DNA of 64,000 nt. Source: Geopsychrobacteraceae bacterium (lineage in GTDB: Bacteria > Desulfobacterota > Desulfuromonadia > Desulfuromonadales > Geopsychrobacteraceae). Position numbers and translations under genes: made by a program. The notes beneath the pieces were generated by a model. That model made no database searches and was not told the origin of the DNA. It worked only from the letters and a program-made list of their open reading frames with translations. The DNA is taken from the NCBI GenBank assembly GCA_963676795.2, contig CAXXTB010000001.1, positions 1,344,001-1,408,000 of the forward strand, read 5' to 3'. Below, in pieces: positions 39,580 through 49,134 of this stretch (its first letter is position 1; every line of letters starts with the position of its first letter).

Positions 39580-40911
39580 ATGCTGCCATGGAATCGTAGC
39601 AAGCTGACGAGTGCTGTACAAAAATCTATAGTCGTTTCAGAGTATCGAGACTTCAGTAAACGTAAGGACTCATTGAGCTCATTGCTCAGGCCGAGTGCCA
39701 GGGCGCTTTATATGAAGACTCGCGCCATGCTGGGGATGGTGGCCTCGATCTGGGGGCAGCAAACCAGGCCATTTATCCCTCTCGCCGATATGATCGGCAG
39801 TATCAGACACCTTGAAAAGCAGAGCCAGGACCTGGCCTCTTATGCGGAAGAGATGGCCGCATCGATCAATGACGTCGGCCGGTCGGCTGAAGCTGTTTCG
39901 GCAGATGCCCAGTCGGTCAAGGGTGAACTTGGCAGAAATGTCGTTGCCGTCGGGCAGGCGTTCGAGTCGATGGAGGGGATTACTGCTGCCTTCCAGGCGA
40001 TGACGGATAAGGTTCAGACCCTCGAGGTTGCTTCCGGTCAGATCGTTGCTATCATCAAGACGATAGAGACGATTGCCGATCAGACGAATCTGCTGGCAAT
40101 CAATGCAACTGTCGAGGCGGCCAGGGCTGGCGCCGCCGGTAAGGGGTTTGCTGTGGTTGCTGGTGAGGTCAAGCGCCTTGCCGGTCAGACAGCTCTGGCT
40201 ACCGATGACATCCGGGAACGCATCAATACTCTTCAGGCCGGGATGACCGATGTGTTGTCATCCATGTCGCATGGCCGCCAGCGTGTCGAGGAGGGGAAGG
40301 AATGTATTTACGGCGTCGGCGAAAGCATGAAGTCTGTCGAGTCGCATGTGGATGGAGTGACCTCGAGAATGGTTGAAGTTTCGGGAACCGTTCAGGAGCA
40401 GACAAAAGTCGTGAATGGTGTGTCTCAGAGTGTTTCAGTTGTCGCTGATTTGACACAGTCGGTGTCGATGCACTGTGAATCGATGGTCAAGGGGATTGAG
40501 GCGGGGATTATCGAGACGCGTAAGCGTCTTGATGAGACGATGGCTGTCGTTGATGAGACGATGGCCGTTCTGGTTGGCCGGGCAGATCTGACAACCTTCA
40601 AGCAGGAAATCATTGGTGTGCTTCTCGGGCGTGATAATAAAAAAAGCCATGAGTTTCCCGGGGCAAGCGAAACCTTTCTCGGGCAGTGGTTGACAAGGCA
40701 CAGGCATGACAAGATTGGCCAAAGCCCCGACTTTAAGGCCCTGCTCAAGCCGTATGAGCGTGCCTATCAATGTGGCAAGTTGTCTATCGACTGTCATCAT
40801 GCTCATGATACGTCCGCTGCGTTCGATCATCTGAGGGAGATGGAGAATGTGTCGCAGGAGTGTTTCATCTATCTTGACAGGTTGAATGAGCAGGTTGAAA
40901 AAGAATTGTAG
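39580..40911 (+). CDS. Soluble methyl-accepting chemotaxis protein with degenerate CZB-like C-terminal domain
   Basis: [33 protein letters not shown] hairpin; no clear TM segment; C-terminal LGQWL motif. Confidence 0.9.
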   Translation: MLPWNRSKLTSAVQKSIVVSEYRDFSKRKDSLSSLLRPSARALYMKTRAMLGMVASIWGQQTRPFIPLADMIGSIRHLEKQSQDLASYAEEMAASINDVGRSAEAVSADAQSVKGELGRNVVAVGQAFESMEGITAAFQAMTDKVQTLEVASGQIVAIIKTIETIADQTNLLAINATVEAARAGAAGKGFAVVAGEVKRLAGQTALATDDIRERINTLQAGMTDVLSSMSHGRQRVEEGKECIYGVGESMKSVESHVDGVTSRMVEVSGTVQEQTKVVNGVSQSVSVVADLTQSVSMHCESMVKGIEAGIIETRKRLDETMAVVDETMAVLVGRADLTTFKQEIIGVLLGRDNKKSHEFPGASETFLGQWLTRHRHDKIGQSPDFKALLKPYERAYQCGKLSIDCHHAHDTSAAFDHLREMENVSQECFIYLDRLNEQVEKEL

Positions 40912-41186
40912 AGGCTTTGGGCGTCTGGGGGGATGTTGTGAAGCGGTCTCTTGCACGGGAGCTTTTTTTATTGACGACGGGTGGCGGAGATTCTATAAAT
41001 ATCAAGGTCGCTATATGAACTTTTGTATTGCATCGTGCAACTCGTTCTGTGGCGTTCTGGTGTCGCATCCGTTTCAATTTTATTGTAATAACAAAATAAC
41101 AACAGTCGTATGCCGAATTGGCATTGCGGGGTTGTCGGCTGAAGCCATTTGTCTAATCACTAAATTATATGGAGGTAGATTTCGCT

Positions 41187-41531
41187 ATGAGTTACAAAGT
41201 TGTACGTAAGGAAGACGCTTACAAATATGAAGCTCCGCTGCACTACGATGTTTTGGCAACCCGCCTGCATAATCCTGAAGATGTCAATGATGGTCAGATG
41301 GTTATGGGTGTGTCTCACTTCCTGCCTGGCGGTGGCTGTGAGTTCGGCAGTAACCCGGCTGAGAGCATCTACTACATTCTTTCTGGTCAGATGACCCTGA
41401 AGACCGAAGATGAGGAGACCGTCCTGAAGGCAGGCGATACGTTCCATTGTGGCGGTAATACCAAGAAGAGCGTCACCAATACTGGTACTGAATGCTGTCA
41501 GATGCTGGTCTGTATGGTCTGGCCTAAATAA
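41187..41531 (+). CDS. Small cupin-domain protein
   Basis: GGAGG RBS; SHFLPGGG, E.IYYILSG.M, L.AGD, S..N cupin pattern; high-expression codons. Confidence 0.88.
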   Translation: MSYKVVRKEDAYKYEAPLHYDVLATRLHNPEDVNDGQMVMGVSHFLPGGGCEFGSNPAESIYYILSGQMTLKTEDEETVLKAGDTFHCGGNTKKSVTNTGTECCQMLVCMVWPK

Positions 41532-41884
41532 ATAAGGCAATAAAATAAAAATCAATCGTTCCTTGAGAATGGTTTAAAAGCTGATATCGTGTAACTTTGT
41601 GTGCCGTATCAGCTTTTTTTTGGCCTTGATTCAAGTTTGCTTCTCTCATTTAAGATATTCTACGCCGCCGCGCTGAATGTAACCTTCTACTCTATTCTAC
41701 AGAAAACCGCTGCGATGAGCTGTGTGGTTGCGCATTTATTGGCTGAGGAATGCCACGCTGTTGCTTTATGTGTAACCGGGTTTCGAAATTGACTTTTTTG
41801 TGGGGCTTGAAGTGCTGTAATTTCAGGCTTAAGTTGTTGAAAGTATGAAGTAAAGTTGCTGTCTGGCAGGGGGGGATTTTTTTG

Positions 41885-41959
41885 TTGACAGCAAATGGCT
41901 AAGGCACTATAAATGTCATGTTTATTCATAATATAAACTTTGATTTCACACTGCGAAAC
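41885..41959 (+). promoter_or_regulatory. sigma70 promoter of athL-bthL with two operator-like boxes
   Basis: TTGACA-17nt-TATAAA, then TTCATAATATAAAC and TTTCACACTGCGAAAC. Confidence 0.7.
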
Positions 41960-42089
41960 AAGCAACTCGCTAGTGTGGTTGTGCAAGATAGCTGCGCTTG
42001 GATCACTGGTTAGTCAGTGTTTGGGGTCTATGGAGAATGTGCTGTTCTGCCATAGAGTATTTTAATTCTGTAAGCAATGGAGATTAAAC

Positions 42090-44717
42090 ATGGGTGAAGT
42101 AGTTCGTCTGACAAACTCATCAACTGGGGGCCCCGTTTTCGTCTACGTGAAAGACGGGAAAATCATCAGAATGACTCCAATGGATTTTGATGACAAAGTA
42201 GATGCTCCTTCCTGGAAAATCGAAGCACGTGGTAAAGTTTTTACTCCACCACGTAAAACCAGTATCGCACCATACACTGGTGGTTTCAAATCAATGATCT
42301 ATTCTGACCTGCGTATTCCTTACCCGATGAAGCGTAAGAGCTTCGATCCAAACGGTGAGAGAAACCCACAACTGCGTGGCGCTGGTCTTTCCAAGCAAGA
42401 TCCATGGTCTGATTACGAGCGTATCAGCTGGGATGAGGCAACTGACATCGTTGTTTCTGAAATCAACCGTATCAAGCACGCATACGGCCCAAGCGCTATC
42501 CTGTCGACCCCATCTTCTCACCACATGTGGGGTAATGTCGGTTACCGTCACTCCACCTACTTCCGTTTCATGAACATGATGGGCTTCACCTACGCTGACC
42601 ACAACCCGGATTCCTGGGAAGGCTGGCACTGGGGTGGTATGCACATGTGGGGCTTCAGCTGGCGTCTGGGTAACCCAGAGCAGTATGACCTCCTCGAAGA
42701 TGGTCTGAAGCACGCTGAGATGATCGTTTTCTGGTCTTCTGACCCTGAGACCAACTCCGGTATCTACGCTGGTTTTGAATCCAACATTCGTCGTCAGTGG
42801 CTGAAAGATCTGGGCGTTTTCTTCGTCTTTATCGATCCGCACATGAACCACACTGCACGTCTGGTTGCTGACAAGTGGCTGTCTCCTAAGATCGGTACTG
42901 ACCACGCTCTCTCTTTCGCTATCGCTTACACCTGGCTGAAAGAAGGCACCTACGACAAAGAATACGTTGCTGCTAACGCACACGGCTTCGAAGAGTGGTC
43001 TGAGTACGTTCTGGGTAACGTTGACGGTGTTCCTAAGACCTGTGAGTGGGCTGAAGAAGAGTCCGGCGTTCCAGCTTGTGAAATCCGCGCTCTGGCACGT
43101 CAGTGGGGCAAGAAGAACACCTACCTGGCAGCCGGTGGTCTCGGCGGTTGGGGTGGCGCTTGTCGTGCTTCCCACGGTATCGAGTGGGCTCGTGGTATGA
43201 TCGCACTGGCAACCATGCAAGGTATGGGTAAGCCAGGTTCCAACATGTGGTCCACCACTCAGGGTGTTCCATTGGATTACGATTTCTACTTCCCAGGTTA
43301 CGCTGAAGGTGGTATCTCCGGTGACTGCGAGAACTCCGCTGCAGGTTTCAAATTCGCATGGCGTATGTTCGATGGCCGTACCACGTTCCCATCCCCATCG
43401 AACCTGAACACCTCTGCTGGTCAGCACATCCCACGTCTCAAGATTCCTGAGTGTATCATGGGCGGCAAGTTCCAGTGGTCCGGTAAAGGTTTCGCCGGTG
43501 GTGACATCTCTCACCAACTGCATCAGTACGAGTATCCAGCTCCAGGTTACAGCAAGATCAAGATGTTCTGGAAGTACGGTGGTCCACACATGGGTACCAT
43601 GACTGCTACCAACCGTTACGCCAAGATGTACACCCATGACAGCCTTGAGTTCGTTGTTTCCCAGTCGATCTGGTTCGAAGGCGAAGTTCCATTTGCTGAC
43701 ATCATCCTGCCAGCATGTACCAACTTCGAGCGTTGGGATATCTCTGAATTCGCTAACTGCTCCGGTTACATCCCAGACAACTACCAGCTGTGTAACCACC
43801 GCGTCATCTCCCTCCAGGCCAAGTGTATCGAGCCTGTTGGTGAGTCCATGTCTGACTACGAGATCTACCACCTGTTCGCTAAGAAGCTGAACATCGGTCC
43901 AATGTTCTCCGAAGGTAAAGACGAGCTGGCTTGGGTTGAGCAGTACTACAATGCTACTGATATGCCTAAGTACATGACCTTCGAAGAGTTCTTCAAGAAG
44001 GGCTACTTCGTTGTTCCTGACAATCCAAACCGTAAGAAAACCGTAGCTCTGCGCTGGTTCGCTGAAGGTCGTGAGAAGGATACTCCTGACTGGGGTCCAC
44101 GCCTGAACAACACCGTTTGCCGTAAAGGTCTCCAGACCACTACCGGTAAGGTCGAGTTCATCGCTACCTCTCTGAAGAACTTCGAAGAGCAAGGTTACCT
44201 GGATGAGCATCGTCCATCGATGCACACCTACGTCCCAGCATGGGAAAGCCAGAAGCACAGCCCGCTGGCTGCCAAGTACCCACTGGGTATGCTGTCTCCG
44301 CACCCACGTTTCTCCATGCACACCATGGGTGACGGTAAGAACAGCTACATGAACTACATCAAAGACCACCGTGTAGAAGTTGACGGTTACAAGTACTGGA
44401 TCATCCGTATCAACTCTGTTGATGCAGCAGCTCGTGGCATCAAGAGCGGTGACCTGGTTCGTGCTTACAATGATCGTGGTTCTGTTATCCTTGCTGCTCA
44501 GGTCACCGAGTGTCTGCAGCCTGGTACTGTACACTCCTACGAGTCTTGTGCTGTTTACGATCCATTGGGAACCGCAGGTAAGTCTGCAGACCGTGGTGGT
44601 TGTGTTAACATCCTGACTCCTGACCGCTATATCTCCAAGTACGCTTGTGGTATGGCTAATAACACCGCCCTCATCGAAGTTGAAAAGTGGGATGGCGGCG
44701 TTTACGAGATTTACTAA
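42090..44717 (+). CDS. athL: Pyrogallol-phloroglucinol transhydroxylase large subunit (Mo-bisPGD, DMSO reductase family)
   Basis: 875 aa starting MGEVVRLTNSSTGGPVFVYVKDGKIIR, recognised from memory as nearly identical to Pelobacter acidigallici AthL; His144 (SSHH) and Asp174-Ser175 (DSWEG) present; no Tat signal. Confidence 0.96.
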   Translation: MGEVVRLTNSSTGGPVFVYVKDGKIIRMTPMDFDDKVDAPSWKIEARGKVFTPPRKTSIAPYTGGFKSMIYSDLRIPYPMKRKSFDPNGERNPQLRGAGLSKQDPWSDYERISWDEATDIVVSEINRIKHAYGPSAILSTPSSHHMWGNVGYRHSTYFRFMNMMGFTYADHNPDSWEGWHWGGMHMWGFSWRLGNPEQYDLLEDGLKHAEMIVFWSSDPETNSGIYAGFESNIRRQWLKDLGVFFVFIDPHMNHTARLVADKWLSPKIGTDHALSFAIAYTWLKEGTYDKEYVAANAHGFEEWSEYVLGNVDGVPKTCEWAEEESGVPACEIRALARQWGKKNTYLAAGGLGGWGGACRASHGIEWARGMIALATMQGMGKPGSNMWSTTQGVPLDYDFYFPGYAEGGISGDCENSAAGFKFAWRMFDGRTTFPSPSNLNTSAGQHIPRLKIPECIMGGKFQWSGKGFAGGDISHQLHQYEYPAPGYSKIKMFWKYGGPHMGTMTATNRYAKMYTHDSLEFVVSQSIWFEGEVPFADIILPACTNFERWDISEFANCSGYIPDNYQLCNHRVISLQAKCIEPVGESMSDYEIYHLFAKKLNIGPMFSEGKDELAWVEQYYNATDMPKYMTFEEFFKKGYFVVPDNPNRKKTVALRWFAEGREKDTPDWGPRLNNTVCRKGLQTTTGKVEFIATSLKNFEEQGYLDEHRPSMHTYVPAWESQKHSPLAAKYPLGMLSPHPRFSMHTMGDGKNSYMNYIKDHRVEVDGYKYWIIRINSVDAAARGIKSGDLVRAYNDRGSVILAAQVTECLQPGTVHSYESCAVYDPLGTAGKSADRGGCVNILTPDRYISKYACGMANNTALIEVEKWDGGVYEIY

Positions 44718-44766
44718 TTAGTTAAATAAGATCTCAATTTTCTTTATATAAAAGGAGTAAGAAACA

Positions 44767-45591
44767 ATGGAACAATATTACATGGTCATTGACGTCGCAA
44801 AATGTCAGGACTGCAATAACTGCTTCATGGGTTGTATGGATGAGCACGAGATGAATGAGTGGCCAGGTTACACTGGCGCTATGCAGCGTGGTCATCGTTG
44901 GATGAACATTGAGCGCCGTGAGCGTGGTACCTACCCACGTAACGACATCAACTACCGTCCGACCCCATGTATGCATTGTGAAAACGCTCCATGTGTTGCC
45001 AAAGGCAACGGCGCTATCAGCAAGCGTGAAGACGGTATCGTTCTGATCGACCCAGCTAAAGCTGCTGGCAAGAAAGAACTGGTTGACACCTGCCCATACG
45101 GCGTCATCTACTGGAACGAAGAGCAGAACGTTGCTCAGAAATGTACCATGTGTGCACACCTGCTCGACGATGAGTCCTGGACTCCTAAGATGCCTCGTTG
45201 TGCTCACAACTGTGGTTCTTTCGTATACGAGTTCTTCAAGACTACTCCTGAGGCAATGGCTAAGAAGGTTGCTGAAGAAGGTCTGGAAGTTCTCAAGCCA
45301 GAACTCGGCACCAAGCCGCACGTTTACTACAAAAACCTCTACCGTTTTGCTAAGAACTATGTCTCTGCAGCAGTTCTGGTAAAAGGTGACTGTGTTGAAG
45401 GTGCCAAGGTTGTTCTGAAGGCTGCCGGTAAAGAAGTAGCTTCTGCTGAAACCAACTTCTTCGGCGAATTCAAGTTCGATGCCCTGGAGAACGGTGAGTA
45501 CACTGTTGAAATCGATGCTGCAGGCAAGACCTACAGCGCGACCGCTCTGGTTGACGATAAGTCTCTGGATCTCGGTTACATTCAACTGTAA
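44767..45591 (+). CDS. bthL: Transhydroxylase small Fe-S subunit
   Basis: 274 aa; CQDCNNC...C, CMHCENAPC, CPYG, KCTMC...C...C; beta-rich C-terminal domain; directly follows athL. Confidence 0.95.
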   Translation: MEQYYMVIDVAKCQDCNNCFMGCMDEHEMNEWPGYTGAMQRGHRWMNIERRERGTYPRNDINYRPTPCMHCENAPCVAKGNGAISKREDGIVLIDPAKAAGKKELVDTCPYGVIYWNEEQNVAQKCTMCAHLLDDESWTPKMPRCAHNCGSFVYEFFKTTPEAMAKKVAEEGLEVLKPELGTKPHVYYKNLYRFAKNYVSAAVLVKGDCVEGAKVVLKAAGKEVASAETNFFGEFKFDALENGEYTVEIDAAGKTYSATALVDDKSLDLGYIQL

Positions 45592-45602
45592 TTCGTAACA
45601 TT

Positions 45603-45632
45603 GAGCCCCTCCCGCGAGGGAGGGGCTTTTTT
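45603..45632 (+). terminator. Intrinsic terminator of athL-bthL
   Basis: AGCCCCTCCC-GCGA-GGGAGGGGCT followed by a T-tract. Confidence 0.9.
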
Positions 45633-45743
45633 TGTTTTACCGATTTTCCGGTCTAGGAAAATTACCTCTTTTCTACTGTAGATTCCCAGACGCGCTCAAG
45701 GTAACAATTGCAGATTGTCTTCTGCGGAAAGGCTTAACATCTG

Positions 45744-46301
45744 ATGAAAGAAGTCGTTATTTTTAACGGTAGTCCACGTATGGACGGTAACATTGCCACC
45801 ATTTTGAAAGCTGTTGCAAGAGGTGCAGAAGATCAGGGCGCCCTAGTCAAGACCTACAATCTTTTCAAAATGAAATATATGGCATGCCAAAGCTGCTTTG
45901 CTTGTCGTATGAAAGACGACTGTATCATCAAAGATGAATTGCGCGAAGCATTGCAACTGGTTAAAAAGGCTGATGCCGTTGTTGTTGGATCACCGATCTA
46001 TATGATGCAGATGACTGGCCCGGTTAAGAATATGTATGACCGCATGTTTCCTCTGACTGATGTCGATTATCAACCGCGCTTCGGTTCGAAAAAGATTCTG
46101 ACTGTGTATTCCCAGGGCATGGAAGATCCAGCCATGTTTGAATCCTACTTTGAATATACTGCGGCTACGATGTTCCCTCCTTTTGGGTTTGAGCTTATGG
46201 ATAATATCGTTATTACCAATGCCAATGATCCCGAAAGTGCAGATCGTGACGCTGACCTGAAAATCAGAGCTTACGAAGCAGGTAAGAGTCTGGTTCTCTG
46301 A
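45744..46301 (+). CDS. Iron-sulfur flavoprotein (Isf)-like flavodoxin-fold protein
   Basis: GSPR..GN FMN loop, compact CxxCxxCx5C motif, GSPIY. Confidence 0.85.
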   Translation: MKEVVIFNGSPRMDGNIATILKAVARGAEDQGALVKTYNLFKMKYMACQSCFACRMKDDCIIKDELREALQLVKKADAVVVGSPIYMMQMTGPVKNMYDRMFPLTDVDYQPRFGSKKILTVYSQGMEDPAMFESYFEYTAATMFPPFGFELMDNIVITNANDPESADRDADLKIRAYEAGKSLVL

Positions 46302-46307
46302 TACATT

Positions 46308-46340
46308 AAAAAGAGCCCCGTATAGCGGGGCTCTTTTTTT
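46308..46340 (+). terminator. Intrinsic terminator
   Basis: AAAAAGAGCCCCG-TATAG-CGGGGCTCTTTTTTT. Confidence 0.85.
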
Positions 46341-46380
46341 ATGCTATATTTCGTTAACATGCTTTCCGGACTTTATCTCT

Positions 46381-47133
46381 ATGTTAACTGATCCCTACTT
46401 TTATGTTCTGGCGATTCCGGTCGTTCTCCTTGCGGGGATGTCAAAGGGGGGCTTGGGGCCCGCAATCAGTGCTATTGCCGTGCCCGTCTTGTCCTTCGTT
46501 ATCAGCCCAGTGTTGGCTGCCGCAATCATGCTGCCGATCCTGTTCACGATGGATCTTCTGGCTATTAATCAGTTCCGTACCAATTTCAGTGCTCGTAATC
46601 TGTATCTTCTCATTCCTTCAGGTGTCCTGGGTATTGTTATTGCAACAATTTTTATGGGTTTCTTGCCGCCGAATGCTGTCAGGGTTTCCATTGGCATCAT
46701 CGTTATTCTCTTTTGTTGTGACTATTGGTTTCGCTATTTCCGTTCTATGGCATCCCGGACCGGAAAACCAACGACTCTGAAAGGTGTTTTTTGGGGGATG
46801 GTTTCCGGCTTTACCAGCACGCAGATACACGCTGGTGCACCGCCGTTAAGTATCTACCTCTTGCCGCAAAATCTTGACAAGGTCGTGCTGATGGGGACTA
46901 TGGCAATTTTTTTTGGTGTCCTCAATTGCATTAAAATTGTTTCTTATTCGGTCGTTGGGTTATTTTCGCAGGAATCATTGGTGACATCTCTGGTTTTGTT
47001 GCCTCTTGCTCCTATTGGGGTTAAATTGGGGCATATTGCGCTGAACCGTTTCGATCAGCGGAAGATCTATCGTTTTCTTTATGTCGCACTGTTCTTGTCG
47101 GCACTCAAGCTGCTCTATGATGGGCTGATGTAG
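46381..47133 (+). CDS. TauE/SafE (TSUP)-family permease
   Basis: G.SKGG.G, AAAIMLP, SGFTST..HAG.PP; about eight TM segments. Confidence 0.88.
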   Translation: MLTDPYFYVLAIPVVLLAGMSKGGLGPAISAIAVPVLSFVISPVLAAAIMLPILFTMDLLAINQFRTNFSARNLYLLIPSGVLGIVIATIFMGFLPPNAVRVSIGIIVILFCCDYWFRYFRSMASRTGKPTTLKGVFWGMVSGFTSTQIHAGAPPLSIYLLPQNLDKVVLMGTMAIFFGVLNCIKIVSYSVVGLFSQESLVTSLVLLPLAPIGVKLGHIALNRFDQRKIYRFLYVALFLSALKLLYDGLM

Positions 47134-47317
47134 TTTTCCTGCAATCTGTGGAGTTGTCTGGTGGTATGAAATCATGGAATCACTTTGATTCTTTTCGTTT
47201 GTTGGGGATGGATTCTGGGTACAATTTTATTGCCTGGCATCTTTGAGATGGCGTTTTGCTGTTGCCCTGCTAGAAAATGTAAAAATTGAAACTAAGTGTT
47301 TTAACTCCATGGGAAAT

Positions 47318-47332
47318 GGTATACAGTATACC
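47318..47332. promoter_or_regulatory. Perfect palindrome, candidate GntR/FadR-type operator
   Basis: GGTATAC-A-GTATACC about 140 bp upstream of the CoA-transferase gene. Confidence 0.5.
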
Positions 47333-47471
47333 GATGGCCGCATTCTGAACCTCTGTATATGTGGTTTTTGACTATATAATCATGAGTGGTGCATTGCTTG
47401 ATGTGGCGCTCAATTTTATTTCAGCATTGTCAAACGCTGGTTCAAAAAAATAACTCGAAGGGATGTTAAAC

Positions 47472-48821
47472 ATGAAAAAAGTGTATGCAAATTCGTCGGA
47501 TGCTCTGGATGGTCTTTTGTTTGACGGAATGTCGGTAGCCGCTGGTGGTTTCGGACTTTGCGGTATTCCTGAGAACCTGATCGGGACCCTGGCATCAAGC
47601 GCTGTCAAAGGGCTGACCATTTACGGAAATAATGCTGGCGTAGACGGATTCGGCATGGGTCTGCTGCTGAACAACCGCATGGTTAAAAAGGTTGTCGCTT
47701 CTTATGTCGGTGAGAATAAAGAATTCGAACGTCAGGTTCTGGCTGGCGAGCTTGAGCTTGAGCTCAATCCACAGGGGACTCTGGCAGAGCGTTTCCGTGC
47801 TGGTGGCGCCGGTATCCCCGGTTTCTACACGGCGACTGCTGCAGGGACTGTTCTTGCTGATGGAAAAGAGACCAAGGTTTTCAACGGCAAGGAATACGTT
47901 CTTGAAGAGGGGATTGTGGCCGATCTTTCCATCGTTAAGGCTTGGAAAGGTGATAAGGCCGGAAACCTGATTTACCGTAAAACCGCACGTAACTTCAATC
48001 CGATGATTGCAACCTGCGGTAAGATCTGTGTCGCTGAGGTCGAGGAGCTGGTCGAGGTTGGTGAGCTCGACCCTGATGACATCCATACTCCGGGAATTTT
48101 CGTCGATCGTATCATTCAGAGTGTCGATCTTGAAAAGCGCATCGAGTTCCGTACCGTTGCAGGCGCAACCCTGGTCAAGGGATCGGGTGCCCGTGACGCC
48201 ATGGCCAAGCGCGCTGCGCAGGAACTTGAAGATGGTTTTTACATTAACCTGGGGATCGGCATCCCGACCCTGGTTGCCAATCACATCCCGCAGGGGGTTA
48301 ATGTTACCCTGCAGTCAGAGAACGGCCTGCTTGGTATCGGTCCGTTCCCTAAGGACGAAGAGGTCGATGCGGATCTGATCAACGCCGGTAAACAGACTGT
48401 TTCTACAATCCCTGGTTCCAGCTTCTTCTCAAGTTCCGATTCTTTCGGCATGATCCGTGGCGGCCATATCGACCTGGCTGTTCTCGGCGGCCTGGAAGTC
48501 TCCCAGTATGGCGATCTGGCCAACTTCATGGTGCCTGGCAAGATGGTCAAAGGACCGGGTGGTGCAATGGACCTGGTATCCGGTGTCAAGAAGGTTATCG
48601 TGCTGATGGAGCACTGTGCAAAGGACGGCAGCCCTAAAATTCTGCCGACCTGTTCTCTGCCGATTACCGGCAAGAACGTTGTTGATATGATTATCACCGA
48701 TATGGGTGTTTTCAAGGTCGACCAGGAAAAGGGCCTGACCCTCATCGAGCTCGCTCCGGAAGTGACTCTTGAGGACATCAAAGCCAAGACTGGCTGTGAA
48801 TTCGCGGTTGCCCTCTCCTGA
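47472..48821 (+). CDS. 3-oxoacid CoA-transferase with A and B subunits fused (SCOT-like)
   Basis: [35 protein letters not shown], catalytic [13 protein letters not shown]. Confidence 0.93.
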   Translation: MKKVYANSSDALDGLLFDGMSVAAGGFGLCGIPENLIGTLASSAVKGLTIYGNNAGVDGFGMGLLLNNRMVKKVVASYVGENKEFERQVLAGELELELNPQGTLAERFRAGGAGIPGFYTATAAGTVLADGKETKVFNGKEYVLEEGIVADLSIVKAWKGDKAGNLIYRKTARNFNPMIATCGKICVAEVEELVEVGELDPDDIHTPGIFVDRIIQSVDLEKRIEFRTVAGATLVKGSGARDAMAKRAAQELEDGFYINLGIGIPTLVANHIPQGVNVTLQSENGLLGIGPFPKDEEVDADLINAGKQTVSTIPGSSFFSSSDSFGMIRGGHIDLAVLGGLEVSQYGDLANFMVPGKMVKGPGGAMDLVSGVKKVIVLMEHCAKDGSPKILPTCSLPITGKNVVDMIITDMGVFKVDQEKGLTLIELAPEVTLEDIKAKTGCEFAVALS

Positions 48822-49134
48822 TACGCCAGCATGTAGTCATGGCCTTTCTGCTTAAGGGCAGAAAGGCCATTATCTTTTCCCCTCTGTTGTTCACGCCTTT
48901 TCTTTTGTTTTTCGGCTTTTTCTGAATAATTGCTTTATGTCAGCAGCTTGTTTCTAGTATAAAGACAGTTCGCAAAGACAGATTGTTCCGCAGTTTAAAT
49001 TCCATTTATGAGAATCTCTCCAGTGTCGGCACTGTGTGATGCTGATCTACGACGTTAGCATTGTCGTGTCATCAGGCATTGGTTTTATCGCGGAATGCTA
49101 TATTTAAACATATGTAAAGCAAGGAGTAAGCACT

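Noticed and set aside
42291..44534. 747-aa antisense ORF (also 12291-13541, 23648-24886, 44734-45585, 3686-4792 and 32303-33430)
   Set aside because: Each shadows a well-supported gene on the opposite strand; strong codon bias removes antisense stops; no recognisable motifs
42090..44717. Respiratory DMSO/TMAO reductase annotation
   Set aside because: No Tat signal, membrane anchor or TorD chaperone; sequence matches the recalled transhydroxylase, and gallate genes are adjacent
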